DNA of 64,000 nucleotides from the NCBI GenBank assembly GCA_001643675.2, contig LSRY02000019.1:620001-684000 (forward strand), written 5' to 3'. This document shows positions 49,414 through 60,952 of the stretch, piece by piece. The DNA is from Monocercomonoides exilis PA203 (lineage: Eukaryota > Protista > Preaxostyla). Within the stretch, counting starts at the first letter, position 1. Every line of letters starts with the position of its first letter. The notes beneath the pieces were generated by a model, which worked only from the letters and a program-made list of their open reading frames with translations, searched no databases and was not told the origin of the DNA. The translations under genes and the position numbers were made by a program.

Positions 49414-52400
49414 ATGAATAAAACACTTCTGCAAACATTATTGACATATTTAGTATTATTGAATTATTTCCTTTCAACTGATTATTTCAACCCAACAAAT
49501 AAAAACATATATTCTCAAATTATTACAAAAAGTTATTCATTGAAAGATGAGCAATGCAATACTCGTGTTTCATCTTCTTTCAAAAATGAAGAGTACTTTT
49601 TGTTAAACAAAATACAATTATCTTCATCAGAGACAAATGTTATCCAAAAATTTTCTGAAACAGAAAATACTCCAACAATTGGTTGTTTTAGTCAATTCAG
49701 AAAAGATGAAAATTTGGACTCAAACACATATGAAAGCATGATGTTGAGTTGTGTGAGAGGAGAAATGATCTTGCTGAATTCTTCATTATTTGTCAGAGAA
49801 ATTATTCTTGAACAAGCAAACACACCTTCCATATCACTTAAAAGTGATATATCAGAGCTATTAATGCATAATTGCTTTCTTGAATTATTCCCAACGCTTG
49901 CTGTCTCTCCTTTTGAGTGTTCAAATGGAATTGTCAATTTGATCAATATCTCTATCATAAAAACAATGCAAAATTTTGTTTTGCCTTCTCTTGTCTCAAC
50001 AAGATCCTCTTCAATTTCTTCAACAGGATCAGTTCTCATTTCTTTCAGCTCGTTTTCATCGTTTTCAACCTCATTCGGGAATCCATTTATTGCAGATATC
50101 AATTTTTCGTTTTCTTCTGCTTCACATTGTTGCTTCCACAACATTTCCACTCAAAACAACAGCATGCACTCAAAACACTTGCGTTCTAATCAAGAAAGCA
50201 AAATTGAAAACTGCTTCATCACTGTTTGCATTTGTCCGTTTTATGGAGTGATTATTTCAGGTTCACTAGGTTATGGTGATTTCTCCTCCACAAACACTTC
50301 TTTTATTCGTTCTCTAAACACCTATTCTCACAAGAATTATTCAAATACAACACAATCATTTACAGAAGGAGACATCGCATTTGAAGATTGCTCTTTTTCA
50401 GAATGCAGCGCTCTTCATGGAGGTGCAATTGCAGTGAGCAACAGAGCCAAGCTTGCTGTTGAAAAATGTGTATTTTCAGAATGCATCGATACATTTCCAA
50501 CAGCATATGGATATGGGGGTGCTGTTTTTAGCAATGGAAGCAATTGTGAGATTACAAACTCTTCATTTTCAAAATGCGCAGGAACTGGAAGCGGTCCAAT
50601 TGGTGGTGCATTTGCTCATATTTCAAATAACTTTTCAATTGTTATTGACAGCACTTTTGAAAATTGTTCAGCATCTTATGGAGGAAGTGTTGCATGGTAT
50701 ACTGGAGGAAGTGGATCGATTTATAATACTGTTTTCAAATGCAGTAGAGCAACATTGAGGTATGCTGGAACAATATTTCTTCAACATCAAAAAAGTGATT
50801 TTGTCATATCAAATTGTTATTTATATAAAGGGGATTCTCCACTAGGATCAGGTGGATTTGATGCTTCAGAAAATATCAATAATAAGAGTCTTGAAATACA
50901 GTTTTGCTTATTTGAAAACAATACAGTTCAGAAATCAACTCATGCAGCAGATATTTTTCTTGGAAAACATTTCAATATTAGTACAATTGAAGATCACATC
51001 ATTCACTGCTTTTCTCATTCAATGGCTCCAAGAAAAGTTGTTCTTTGTGCTGAATATGCAGAGCCCTGTAATGATAAAGGCGTTGCATATAACTCGTGGC
51101 TACCAGATCCTCAGCCAGAAATACACATCAGTAATTCTGGAAGCGATGTGAACACTTGTGGAGGAGCAGGTTCGGAATGCCAAACGGTGGAATATGGAGT
51201 GACAAGATGGAATTCATATTTGAAACAGAATGTTTTGATGTCCAGTGAAGAATTCGAAGAAGACATTATTGAAATTGACTGGAAAAATATCGTTCTCAAC
51301 GGAATAGAAAACGGCAAATCAACAATAAAATGCCACGAGGCTTCGCTCACAGATCATCTCATCTCCATTGGCAATGGTTCGCTGAATGCAAAAAGGATTT
51401 CTTTTGCTTGTGCGTTTAACAGATCTGCTGTGGCAGTCATGTCCTCAGGCTCAGTTCAGTTGGAGCTGTGCAGTTTCACAAAAAGTGCTCAATCGAATCA
51501 GCCTTCAACTCAACCTCTAATCAATGTTGAAAATGGATATGTGACAATTATGTCCGTAAATGTGTCGCAGTTTGTGTTTTCACAAGGATGCGCTTTTGCA
51601 ACTTCCAACTGCAAATCCATCACTATTTCGAACACTTCTTTTTCAGATATCGAATGTACACAAAATGGAGGATGCTTGAGTGCATCATGGAGTGAAAGAT
51701 CAGATGGAACATTTTCAACTTCAATAAACAATTGCATCTTTAAGCGTTGCAGGGTGGTTGCAGATGGAAATGGAGGAGGAGCATTGTTCCTCTCACTACA
51801 AAATACATGCTCTGCAACCATTTCATCATGTTCCTTTGAAGAATGTGAGGCACCTTTTGATTCGCAAGTGGGATATGGAGGAGGAATCTTTCTGGACCTT
51901 GGTCATTCAGATGCTGCATTTGCCATCACCTCTCCTTCTTTTTCTGTGGAAAAGCCAAACAAAGCAAAACATGGAAATGACTTGTTTGTCCAATCACCAA
52001 ATCTCAGAGAATCTATCACAAACGAAACACTTCCATTTGCTTATGCACTTGGCCACAGCTCCTTCGACAGTTTGCAAGGGTTCACTGGGAATGACCATGA
52101 ACATTCAATTCCGTTGGTTTTGCTTTTGGAGGATGTTGGACAAACAATCCATGTTAGAAGCAATGACGGTGTTGATGTTGTGGTGTGTGGATTCTCGGAT
52201 TATCCGTGCCACTCGCTCAATTACTGTGTGGAGAGGTTGGAAGAGGAAAACGCAAAGACAGTAGCTGTTCTTGCCTCAGCAACAATTGAAAACGAAACGA
52301 CACTGCACAATTTGGATTTGAAATCATCAAATACTTCAAAAGCCGAAATCACTTGCATCAAGTTGCTGCAGGCCTCAACAAGAAAAGCGATGGCTGCCAC

Positions 52401-55400
52401 AGGGGATGTGTCCGTCGAATTGATCCACTTTTTGCTTCCTTCTTCATTTGATACTGAGATCGAAGCCTTGATATTCTTGTCTTCTGGAGGAATGCTGACG
52501 ATGAAATCTTGCTCATTCGAGATGCAACAAGGCGAGCTCGGCCAGATGGGTTACTGGCTGTTTCAGATTTGCGGAGGAATACTAAATATCGACAGCTGCA
52601 CCTTGAGTTCAGACTGCCTTCAGCGCGCGCCCATAGCCGTGTGCGAGAGCGACACAAGCACTCAAGCAACAATCATTTCATTGAATGTGAAAAACACAGA
52701 TATTGGCAATCATCCTCTTATCCATGTGATTCCATCAACAGCAGTTAAACTCCTGAATGGTGCTACAACGAGCAATGGGATCATATCTCTTGATTCATGT
52801 TCTTTTGAAGGGATAGTCCATGCACATGCAAACAGTGCAGTGCTGTTTTCATCTCATATTTCAAGCTGTGTTGAGTGCTCCCATTGGAATGTCACGAATG
52901 TCAAAAGCACTCAGAGCATAGAGGGAGGCGCGATGAAAGTTGTTACTGATGCTGATGGCCAATTCAAGATGGAAAACGCAACATTCACAAAATGCTGCGT
53001 CGAATGTGAAACAGCTGGAAAAGGAGGAGGCATCTATTTTGACTGTTCGGCTTCCAATGCATTCTCCTTCCAGCAGATGACCTTTGATCAGTGCTCTGCA
53101 AAACACGGGAAAAACATGTTCTTCCTTTCATCAGACCTGAATGTTTCCATCACAAACCAGTCTTTAGCGCTTGAAGTGAGTGAGACAGCAAGCGATACAA
53201 ATCTGTTCATCGGAAGCGACTCCACAAAAGCAAACTTCGATCTGTGCCGATTTCTGATTGGATTTGCTTCTCAAGAAATCCATCTCAGCAAGAACAGCGG
53301 CTGGGATGTTCTCCGCTGCGGGAGCGAGAGCGAGCCATGCGCAACAATGCAGTACGGCCAGAAGCATTTCTGTGCTTCAGATAATCCAGCACAAGCAAAT
53401 ATGAGCATTTTCCTCGTCATAGATGAAGTTCAGGTGGATTGCGAAGTCGACATTTCAAACAATACTCTGACCTCTTCCGATATTGACTCTCACTCTGCTC
53501 TGTTATTCGCAGCAGCCATTTCACCACAACCAGGAAAGCAGCAACATACTGACTCTGTGCTGGTAAACACTGGCACATGCTCCCTCTTGAGCGTCGATGT
53601 CTGTTGTGATCATGGCTCGGGATGGAGCCAAACATATTTGATAAGCACTGCTGCTGGCGCTTTCTCTGCTCAAAGTTGCTTGTTTACCAGCACCTCTGGC
53701 ACAGCAATTCCTTATTGTGTCGTTGCCTGCTTTTCTGGTACTTGCGAATTGTCGCTTTGCTCATTTCAGTCTATCAAATGCGAAGGTCACATCTTCATTG
53801 CATCGTGCGGAAGCAGTTCTATCTTATCAAATGTCTCAATGAGTAATGTTGAACTCATGGGAAAAAGCATTGCGGAAGTGTTGCCGCAAGTGATGCCACC
53901 AGCAATGACACAGGAAATCAACGAAGACATTTGCCCAACAGTGCAACTCAAATGCTGCACCCTTCACTCGCTTCTTCAAAGTACCCCTTCTGAACCCTCC
54001 ATCATCAGCTCCTCTGGCAGCCAGCCTTTTAGCGTGTCTGTCCAAAACACGTCCATAAAGAACTGTGGAAGCAGCCAAAGTGAGAGCGGAGGATGCATAA
54101 CCATGAGGCTAAATGAAGAAGCATTCTTTCACTGCACTTTATCCACAATCTCGGAGTGCTTCTGCTCTGCGACTGGAAGGGGAGGCGCAATATTTCTGGA
54201 TTGCTCATCAATTGCAGGCGATAGCGCGCTGCCTTTCCTCTTCAAAAACATCACATTCTTGGAGAACAAGGCGTTCAGAGGAAGAGACATATATGTGAGA
54301 TGCTCCAATGTGGAATCCCAAATAAGGAACGAGCTATTCCAGCTCGACTTCAGGCCACCATACAACCAGGAGCTCGCCATTTGGGGATGCACTGCACAAA
54401 ACTATGCTGACGAGCAAGATCTCTTGCTCCTCGTAATTGTGTATCAGAGTGAGACAATATTTGCTTCTTCTTCAGCAGACAACACCTCAGATTCACGCCA
54501 GTGCGGAGCTATCAATGCGCCCTGCTCTTCCTTGAATATTGCATTGTCTCACATCATTCCTTCTGTTTACAGCAACTTGCTCGTTGACGAGGTTTCTCTG
54601 GTTTCTGGTGAAATAAGCATCCATGATGTCTCGATCAAGTCGCTGGAGCAGGAAAGAGACAGAGGGACAATCCTCCTGAACAGGAGCATTGAGAGCAGGA
54701 TGAACAGCCTTCTCACGTGTGCATCCAGAGTGAAAATCGAATTTCTTAAATTCATGTTCGTAAGCGCGTTTTCTTCTCCACACCCCAGCTTATTATCCCT
54801 GACTGACGGTAGCTTGTCAATTGCAGATGCACTCTTCTCCCAAGATGATTCGAATGATTTTTCTGAAATGAGGTTGAATTGCTCCATCATTCTCGTGGAA
54901 AATGGCAGGCTGCTGATCAACGAATGCACTTTTGCTTCCCTCCGTCTTGGTTCTCCATGCGTAGCAGCAAAAGGGGGACAATATTGCTCATTTATGAACT
55001 TGAACATTTCTGATGTGAATTCTGATGTCTTGTTTGATTTCCGCAATCTGGCAAACCTCTCCATGCAGCAGGAGCTTATTTCCAGTTGCGCACTTGAACA
55101 ATCCGCTCTTATCCTTCACAACTGCAAAGACTCCCAGCTCCAAAAAATTCAAGTCAGAAATGTTGAGAGCAACTCAAGCTTGATTGTATTTTCCTCAGAT
55201 GGTTCCGGTGCTTGCTCGAACATCCAGTGCTATCATTCCGAATTCGATGCCATATCTGTGCTGTCTGGCTCCTTGCTTTCCATCGAATGCCAAGATGCAA
55301 ATGTCGAGATGAACAATCTGTCATCGACAAAAATAGTGCTGACTAATGGCTGTGCTGTGAACCTTGCATCTGCAAATTCCTCATTAAGTATCAGGCAATC

Positions 55401-57726
55401 ATCGTTTCAAAACATATCCAGAGATTCAATGGGCCCATGCTGCCTGGCTGCTTCACTTTCATCACCATCGCTCGAATTGGAGAACTGCTCATTCAGAAAA
55501 TGCGTCTCTCCTTCAGATAAAGGGAGCATCTCTGCTTTATCTGGCCTATCCAATGCAAGCATAACTTCGTGTGCATTTGATGGAGAAACTGGCCCGCAAC
55601 AACTCAGATCCAATGCAGATTCATTCAAAGATTTGTGCAAGTGGAATGGCTCCATGATCGATCTTCTCAATTGCTCGGGAGCAACAAAAGACACCACAAT
55701 CGCAAATTCGTCCAAAGGAGGACTGTCAATCTCTGGCGGAAACATTTCCATTCAGTTTGGGATGTTTTCTGGCAACAATCCAAACGCTGCTGGATACCCA
55801 TCCATCAGAAACAACGTTATCTGCTCACACAATGCACTCCTGAACATCGTCAGCCTCAAGGGAGGAGATGGCTTTCTCCCCAACACCTCAATGTGGGTTG
55901 CAGGCGACGATTGCACGCTTGCAGGCTTGGCCTCAGAAAGGCTTTCCCCATTCTTCATCCCACAGCTGCACTCAGTTAACTCACATATCCAAGGCGATGC
56001 ACTTTCTCTGGATCTCATCGGCTCTTTACTCCTCCCCTGCCACCTGCTCCTCCAGATCGATTTTATCGAAGGCTCCCTCCATCAACTCAAGACATATCCG
56101 CTGCAAGCAGAACTCTTTGAAAATGAAACAGAAATCCATGCAGTCATCCCAGCCTCAATCGTGACTTCGGTACCTGACACCACAGAAGTGTCAGTGTGCA
56201 TTCTGTTTGGAAATGCAGAGACACCTTCTTCAACAAAGGAATTTATTTTGAAGAACATGAGCGAGATTGCGCAAAAAGAAGATGAAAGAATCACAAAAAG
56301 TGGAAAAGAAGGAAAAACATTTTGGCCAATAATAGTTATTGCATTGGTGGTAATTCTATTAATAATTATGGCTGGGTTTATTGTATTTGTTGTTCGATGG
56401 AGAAAGCAAAAGAGAAGAACAGAAGAGTTGGAGATAATTGTAAATGACACATTGAAGAAGGATCCGAAGCTGATTGAAATGACTACGATGGAGATGTCAC
56501 CAGAGGAGCAGTGGCGAAGAGCAGAGAGAGAGGCTGAGAAGAAGAATGAAGAGAGGATCAAGAAGAGAGTGTATGCGAAAAGCCTTCAACATTCAGAGTC
56601 ATCAGAGCATCTTCTGTCTGAGAGTGGCTCCACTGAATACATTTTGGGGAAAGATTCAGACAAGATTCCTGATTGGGCATTAGAAAAGTTGGAAGAAGAT
56701 GAAGATGATATTTCAAAGAAGCGGACTCCATCCCCATCCATCTCATCCACTTCAACAACTTCAACCACTGATACTTCAGACACAGAATCCACGTTTGTTC
56801 GGAGAGAGGACTTGTGTCCAACCACTTCATCCATGTCCAATCTGGTGGATGCAATGGCCTGTTCGTCTCCTCATGAGAAGTTGATTGTAGATCTGAGGGA
56901 TTCTTTGTTCATGCTGCTGCATGGAAGAAATGAGAAGAAAGAAATGGCGATTGGCTCTCTGCAAGAAAGAGAGATGACAGCTGCACAGATTCTGTTCTGG
57001 GTGGCTAATCTTGCGCTTCACTCCTTTGAAGACGATGGAGATGAACTCTCTTCGCTGGCCAATCTCAGCCCTCACATTGTTCTGTTCTCAGAGCACATGG
57101 TGATCTGCATTGCCATGCATTCTGACTGCTCTTCTTCAGACTCAGACACTTCATCCATCTCTTCATCAACTGTTGTCACATCAACATCTGATTGCTCCAC
57201 AGTGAATAGAAATGGGAAAGACTCGCCACCGCCATCATCAGCTTTTGAGGATGAGGATGACAACAGGAAAGAGTGCCTGAGATGGAAGGCGCCAGAGCTG
57301 CTCATCAACAAAAAGATGGGAGCAACAAAAGAGTCAGTGGTATTCTCGATTGGGATGATGCTGTGGGAGTGTCTGACGCTGGAGATCCCGTTTGGAGAGT
57401 ATGAGGCAGAGGTGGCGGGGCAGAAGATTGTGAACGGAGAAAGGCCAAATATCGACAGGATCTGCAGTTCGTCTTTTGCCAGCGTAGCAAAGGAATGCTG
57501 GTCGCGTGCACCTGGAGACAGACCATCGCTCGAAAGCCTCAAGAGGATCTTCATTCAGCACTTCCCTGCAGGCGCTGTCATGCTCACAATGTCTGATGCT
57601 GTCGACTTCGAGCCTGACACCGATTATGGATATCGTGGCAGCTTCCTTCCCCGATCTGCCACTGCTTCATCAAATGCAACAGCAACAGTAACAGTAACAC
57701 ACACAAACGCACAACACAATTGCTAA
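49414..57726 (+). CDS. Giant intronless type-I membrane protein: Cys/Ser-rich beta-helix (GGA-repeat, Pmp/pectin-lyase-like) ectodomain, TM helix, C-terminal TKL/tyrosine-kinase-like pseudokinase
   Basis: 2770-aa ORF; hydrophobic N-terminus; repeated FxxCxA..GGAI/L motifs; TM FWPIIVIALVVILLIIMAGFIVFVV followed by RWRKQKRR; LRWKAPELL, VFSIGMMLWECLTLEIPF, RPSL kinase C-lobe motifs without HRD/DFG. Confidence 0.85.
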   Translation: MNKTLLQTLLTYLVLLNYFLSTDYFNPTNKNIYSQIITKSYSLKDEQCNTRVSSSFKNEEYFLLNKIQLSSSETNVIQKFSETENTPTIGCFSQFRKDENLDSNTYESMMLSCVRGEMILLNSSLFVREIILEQANTPSISLKSDISELLMHNCFLELFPTLAVSPFECSNGIVNLINISIIKTMQNFVLPSLVSTRSSSISSTGSVLISFSSFSSFSTSFGNPFIADINFSFSSASHCCFHNISTQNNSMHSKHLRSNQESKIENCFITVCICPFYGVIISGSLGYGDFSSTNTSFIRSLNTYSHKNYSNTTQSFTEGDIAFEDCSFSECSALHGGAIAVSNRAKLAVEKCVFSECIDTFPTAYGYGGAVFSNGSNCEITNSSFSKCAGTGSGPIGGAFAHISNNFSIVIDSTFENCSASYGGSVAWYTGGSGSIYNTVFKCSRATLRYAGTIFLQHQKSDFVISNCYLYKGDSPLGSGGFDASENINNKSLEIQFCLFENNTVQKSTHAADIFLGKHFNISTIEDHIIHCFSHSMAPRKVVLCAEYAEPCNDKGVAYNSWLPDPQPEIHISNSGSDVNTCGGAGSECQTVEYGVTRWNSYLKQNVLMSSEEFEEDIIEIDWKNIVLNGIENGKSTIKCHEASLTDHLISIGNGSLNAKRISFACAFNRSAVAVMSSGSVQLELCSFTKSAQSNQPSTQPLINVENGYVTIMSVNVSQFVFSQGCAFATSNCKSITISNTSFSDIECTQNGGCLSASWSERSDGTFSTSINNCIFKRCRVVADGNGGGALFLSLQNTCSATISSCSFEECEAPFDSQVGYGGGIFLDLGHSDAAFAITSPSFSVEKPNKAKHGNDLFVQSPNLRESITNETLPFAYALGHSSFDSLQGFTGNDHEHSIPLVLLLEDVGQTIHVRSNDGVDVVVCGFSDYPCHSLNYCVERLEEENAKTVAVLASATIENETTLHNLDLKSSNTSKAEITCIKLLQASTRKAMAATGDVSVELIHFLLPSSFDTEIEALIFLSSGGMLTMKSCSFEMQQGELGQMGYWLFQICGGILNIDSCTLSSDCLQRAPIAVCESDTSTQATIISLNVKNTDIGNHPLIHVIPSTAVKLLNGATTSNGIISLDSCSFEGIVHAHANSAVLFSSHISSCVECSHWNVTNVKSTQSIEGGAMKVVTDADGQFKMENATFTKCCVECETAGKGGGIYFDCSASNAFSFQQMTFDQCSAKHGKNMFFLSSDLNVSITNQSLALEVSETASDTNLFIGSDSTKANFDLCRFLIGFASQEIHLSKNSGWDVLRCGSESEPCATMQYGQKHFCASDNPAQANMSIFLVIDEVQVDCEVDISNNTLTSSDIDSHSALLFAAAISPQPGKQQHTDSVLVNTGTCSLLSVDVCCDHGSGWSQTYLISTAAGAFSAQSCLFTSTSGTAIPYCVVACFSGTCELSLCSFQSIKCEGHIFIASCGSSSILSNVSMSNVELMGKSIAEVLPQVMPPAMTQEINEDICPTVQLKCCTLHSLLQSTPSEPSIISSSGSQPFSVSVQNTSIKNCGSSQSESGGCITMRLNEEAFFHCTLSTISECFCSATGRGGAIFLDCSSIAGDSALPFLFKNITFLENKAFRGRDIYVRCSNVESQIRNELFQLDFRPPYNQELAIWGCTAQNYADEQDLLLLVIVYQSETIFASSSADNTSDSRQCGAINAPCSSLNIALSHIIPSVYSNLLVDEVSLVSGEISIHDVSIKSLEQERDRGTILLNRSIESRMNSLLTCASRVKIEFLKFMFVSAFSSPHPSLLSLTDGSLSIADALFSQDDSNDFSEMRLNCSIILVENGRLLINECTFASLRLGSPCVAAKGGQYCSFMNLNISDVNSDVLFDFRNLANLSMQQELISSCALEQSALILHNCKDSQLQKIQVRNVESNSSLIVFSSDGSGACSNIQCYHSEFDAISVLSGSLLSIECQDANVEMNNLSSTKIVLTNGCAVNLASANSSLSIRQSSFQNISRDSMGPCCLAASLSSPSLELENCSFRKCVSPSDKGSISALSGLSNASITSCAFDGETGPQQLRSNADSFKDLCKWNGSMIDLLNCSGATKDTTIANSSKGGLSISGGNISIQFGMFSGNNPNAAGYPSIRNNVICSHNALLNIVSLKGGDGFLPNTSMWVAGDDCTLAGLASERLSPFFIPQLHSVNSHIQGDALSLDLIGSLLLPCHLLLQIDFIEGSLHQLKTYPLQAELFENETEIHAVIPASIVTSVPDTTEVSVCILFGNAETPSSTKEFILKNMSEIAQKEDERITKSGKEGKTFWPIIVIALVVILLIIMAGFIVFVVRWRKQKRRTEELEIIVNDTLKKDPKLIEMTTMEMSPEEQWRRAEREAEKKNEERIKKRVYAKSLQHSESSEHLLSESGSTEYILGKDSDKIPDWALEKLEEDEDDISKKRTPSPSISSTSTTSTTDTSDTESTFVRREDLCPTTSSMSNLVDAMACSSPHEKLIVDLRDSLFMLLHGRNEKKEMAIGSLQEREMTAAQILFWVANLALHSFEDDGDELSSLANLSPHIVLFSEHMVICIAMHSDCSSSDSDTSSISSSTVVTSTSDCSTVNRNGKDSPPPSSAFEDEDDNRKECLRWKAPELLINKKMGATKESVVFSIGMMLWECLTLEIPFGEYEAEVAGQKIVNGERPNIDRICSSSFASVAKECWSRAPGDRPSLESLKRIFIQHFPAGAVMLTMSDAVDFEPDTDYGYRGSFLPRSATASSNATATVTVTHTNAQHNC

Positions 57727-60180
57727 GCAAGCATGCTCCCAATAATTCCTCGATTCAGTAACGCTCTTGAGCCTTGCTTACAGTGAAATGCTAATTTTCT
57801 GTTATTCGCTCATAGGATTCAAAATGATACAATTCCCAAGAATGCTTTAAAGCAAGTCTTTGAAGAGACTGAAATTACAAATTCGCCAAAACACGGCCAG
57901 ATATAAAACCTCAGATTGTTCGTCTTTCTGTTCATTCCATTGGGCATTTGAATGATCAGCAACAATCTGCAGGTGCAAATCAGCAGCTTTTGTTTAGAAA
58001 AATGAAATTGATAGTTAAAAATGAAGCGCTGTCAGAACACTTCCAATCGAAAAAGAAGGAAAGTCATGCATATGAATGAAACGATCACAATTATGGTGAA
58101 AGAAAAGTCAATTCTGAAACAGTCGTAAAAAACCGTTGAAAATTCTGTTGTTGCAGCCAAGATGTTGCACATAAGTTGTTGGAATATCCTCGATTCATTT
58201 GTTGTGTTTTGTTGAAAGTTTCATCGCTGTTATAATTATTGTTATTTTTTTCGAATTATTTTTCTTTTGAGTATTTTTTGATGTTGGGCATCGAGTTGCT
58301 TGCTGCTCCATCTCATCAACTTGCTGGACTCTTTGCTCAATTTCCAATTCAGATCAATTTATAAAAAAAACTTTCTGCAATATGCCTATCAAATTTGTCT
58401 TTATCTCTTGATTCAACAATCCATGAAACTGCGTAGCTTCTTCTTCAAATGATCATAATCCCCAATTTCATTGAGCTCTCAAAACTTCCCTTCAATTTTC
58501 CTTTCCCATTATATGTCTTTCTTTTATTTTGCTTTTTCTTTCAATATGCAGCCGAAAGCACCTCTCCTTCTCGGTCTCAGTTGCGTCATCGCAAAATCTC
58601 TGGCCAATTGCTTTCGAATTGTTAGAAATTAAAATGAAGGCTGCTGTCTGATGAGGTATATCCTTTGCAAGATGTTTGCCTTTTTATTCATTTTTGAATT
58701 AAAAGAAGAGGCGAGGCAGCATTGAAATGATTAAAAAAGAATTTCTATTCTTGGCACGATAAGTTTCATTTGCTTTTGTTCCTGAGTAACGCTTTCAAAT
58801 CAAAAATCAAAACTCAAACAAGTAGATACTCCAGCCTGATTTCAGCACTAACATCACCACTGGTCTTTCATTTTATTTTTCCCTCTTTCAGAACTCCTCC
58901 CATTGGATGTTTTTTTTCCCCTGCTTTCTTCAAGTATTTTTTTTTCCTCTTCAAGAACGAAAAAGCTGAAATGCCTCTGTCTCTTGCACTGGTTCACAAA
59001 TAATCCAGGATTGCACGCCCTTGAACTGCTTATCACATTTCCCGCAAAACGCAGCGTATTCTCTCGCGTCATGAATCAGCTTTGAACTACAGCCATCCTT
59101 CAAGTCATCTTATCCGTTCCAATAAAAAATTATAATTGTGAAGTTCGCTCGCAACTTCTGTGATTTCTAGCTCATTCAAAAGTTGTATTTCTCTGAAAAA
59201 TGCAATTTCTGCCGTCATTTTGATCTGAGTTCTACATTCTAATGGTGATCCATTGACTCTGATGAGTCAGATCTAAGCAAAAGGATAACCGCTTCCACAC
59301 ATATTATTTGGTTGTTTTTTTGTGTAAATTGCAAGATGTTGTTGCTTCTGTAACCAATTTGGTAACTTCGTTAAGTCTTGGCAAAGCCTTCTTCTTACAT
59401 AAGTTTTTTCTGTTAAAATACAATTTATTCATTTATTCTGCCTTCTACTCCGGTTCGATTGCCAAATAAAAATATTGTGCATGCAGTATGTAAAGGATTC
59501 CAGAAAAAGAAAATATTTGACCGCCTTATGAGCACGACAACTCCAAGTTAAAGAACCAAAACTGAAAATAATAAATAGTGGGTGACGAAGGAAAATTGAA
59601 ATGAAGATTAGGAGAAACCCACAGCAAAATGAATATATAATTCTACACAATGCTCCATGGTTTTTCAAACCGAGAATGCTTTGGATGGATCACAATATTC
59701 ATATTTATTTGATTCTATTAATTCAGCCTTCCAAAATCCACTTTCCATTTGAAATATGATAGAAATGCATAATAAAAATTAGGTAGAAGATGCACTATAT
59801 TTATGATGTGAAAGCTTGCCTTTTACAAGAAAATGGACATTTATAATATGATCTCAATGCCATTTTAAATTATATTATACGAAATTTTAATTTTTCCAAA
59901 AACAATTTAATTTTTTAATTACAGAATTGACGTTTGTAAAAGAAATATTATTCAAATATGCTTCATGAAATTCTTGAAATTTATGAAATCAAATCTATTT
60001 TGTGTGAAATGCAAGAAGAAATGCAAATCGATATCAAAAATCATAAAAATGTTGAAATTTTTTAACATATGCAATATCAAGTTCTTTTTCACCTTTTAAA
60101 TGAAAATTGAATAATCATTTTTGTTTCAATTTTGTAAAAGATAATTTTTGGTGTTCCTCAAAAATATAAAAAAATAAATA

Positions 60181-60781
60181 CAGATATCGCACAAAATTCC
60201 GGACAAGGTCGATTTCACAATAACCATTCAAAGAGAAAATCTGATGATATTCCTCTAAATATATCTCATCAACATAAACTCAATTGGGTGATTCTTTTTG
60301 AAAAGTCACAAATGTTTAATTTTCTAATACTTCAAAATTTTCATTTTTTTACTAAATATTTTGTTAACAAATATAAAACTTCACTTAAATGGAATCAATT
60401 ACTTGATATTGCTATTTCAAACATTATTGAGGAGATTTGTGAGCTGAAACATAAATTTGAGCGAAATATGAAAATTTTGAAGTATTAGAAAATTAAACAT
60501 TTGTGACTTTTCAAAAAGAATCACCCAATTGATAAACGAAACTTTCAAAATAGTTTCATTTGTGCTCAGAGAAAATAAATGATTGAAATCTTGAAACTCA
60601 AAATCATATTTCTCCGAGTTTTTAAAAATAATTTTCTTTGAGCACAAACGAAGAAGTTCTGAAAGTCTCGTTTATCAATTGAGTTTGCATTAATGAGATA
60701 TATTTTGAGGAAAATTGTCAGAATTATTCCTCTTGCAGTAATTGTGAAATCGACCTTGTCCGGTATTTTATGCGATATCCG
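60181..60781. mobile_element. Diverged foldback MITE (same family as 43169-43529) with TA TSD, interrupted by a nested MITE
   Basis: TA|CAGATATCGCACAAAATTCCGGACAAGGTCGATTTCACAAT ... ATTGTGAAATCGACCTTGTCCGGTATTTTATGCGATATCCG|TA; shares CCGGACAAG.TCGATTTC.CAAT and central AAACTCAAAATC..ATTTCTC with the 43.2-kb copy. Confidence 0.8.
60286..60526. mobile_element. 241-bp MITE (GGGTGATTC..GAATCACCC) with AATT TSD
   Basis: Long TIRs GGGTGATTCTTTTTGAAAAGTCACAAATGTTTAATTTTC; AATT duplicated; second copy at 62812-63051. Confidence 0.9.
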
Positions 60782-60952
60782 TATTTCACCTGAACATTCA
60801 AAAACCCTTCCAATCTATTAATAACAATTTATGATAAATAATTAAACTATTTTAACTTTTTTATTTTAGTGCGCAAACTCGTTAAAAATGTTTTTGAATA
60901 TTTTATGACCAAAAAAATTTTCACAATTTAAGTGAAGGATCAATATTTTTTC

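Noticed and set aside
57900-59700. Possible decayed minus-strand gene
   Set aside because: Coding-like composition but only short ORFs with no recognisable motif; cannot support a call
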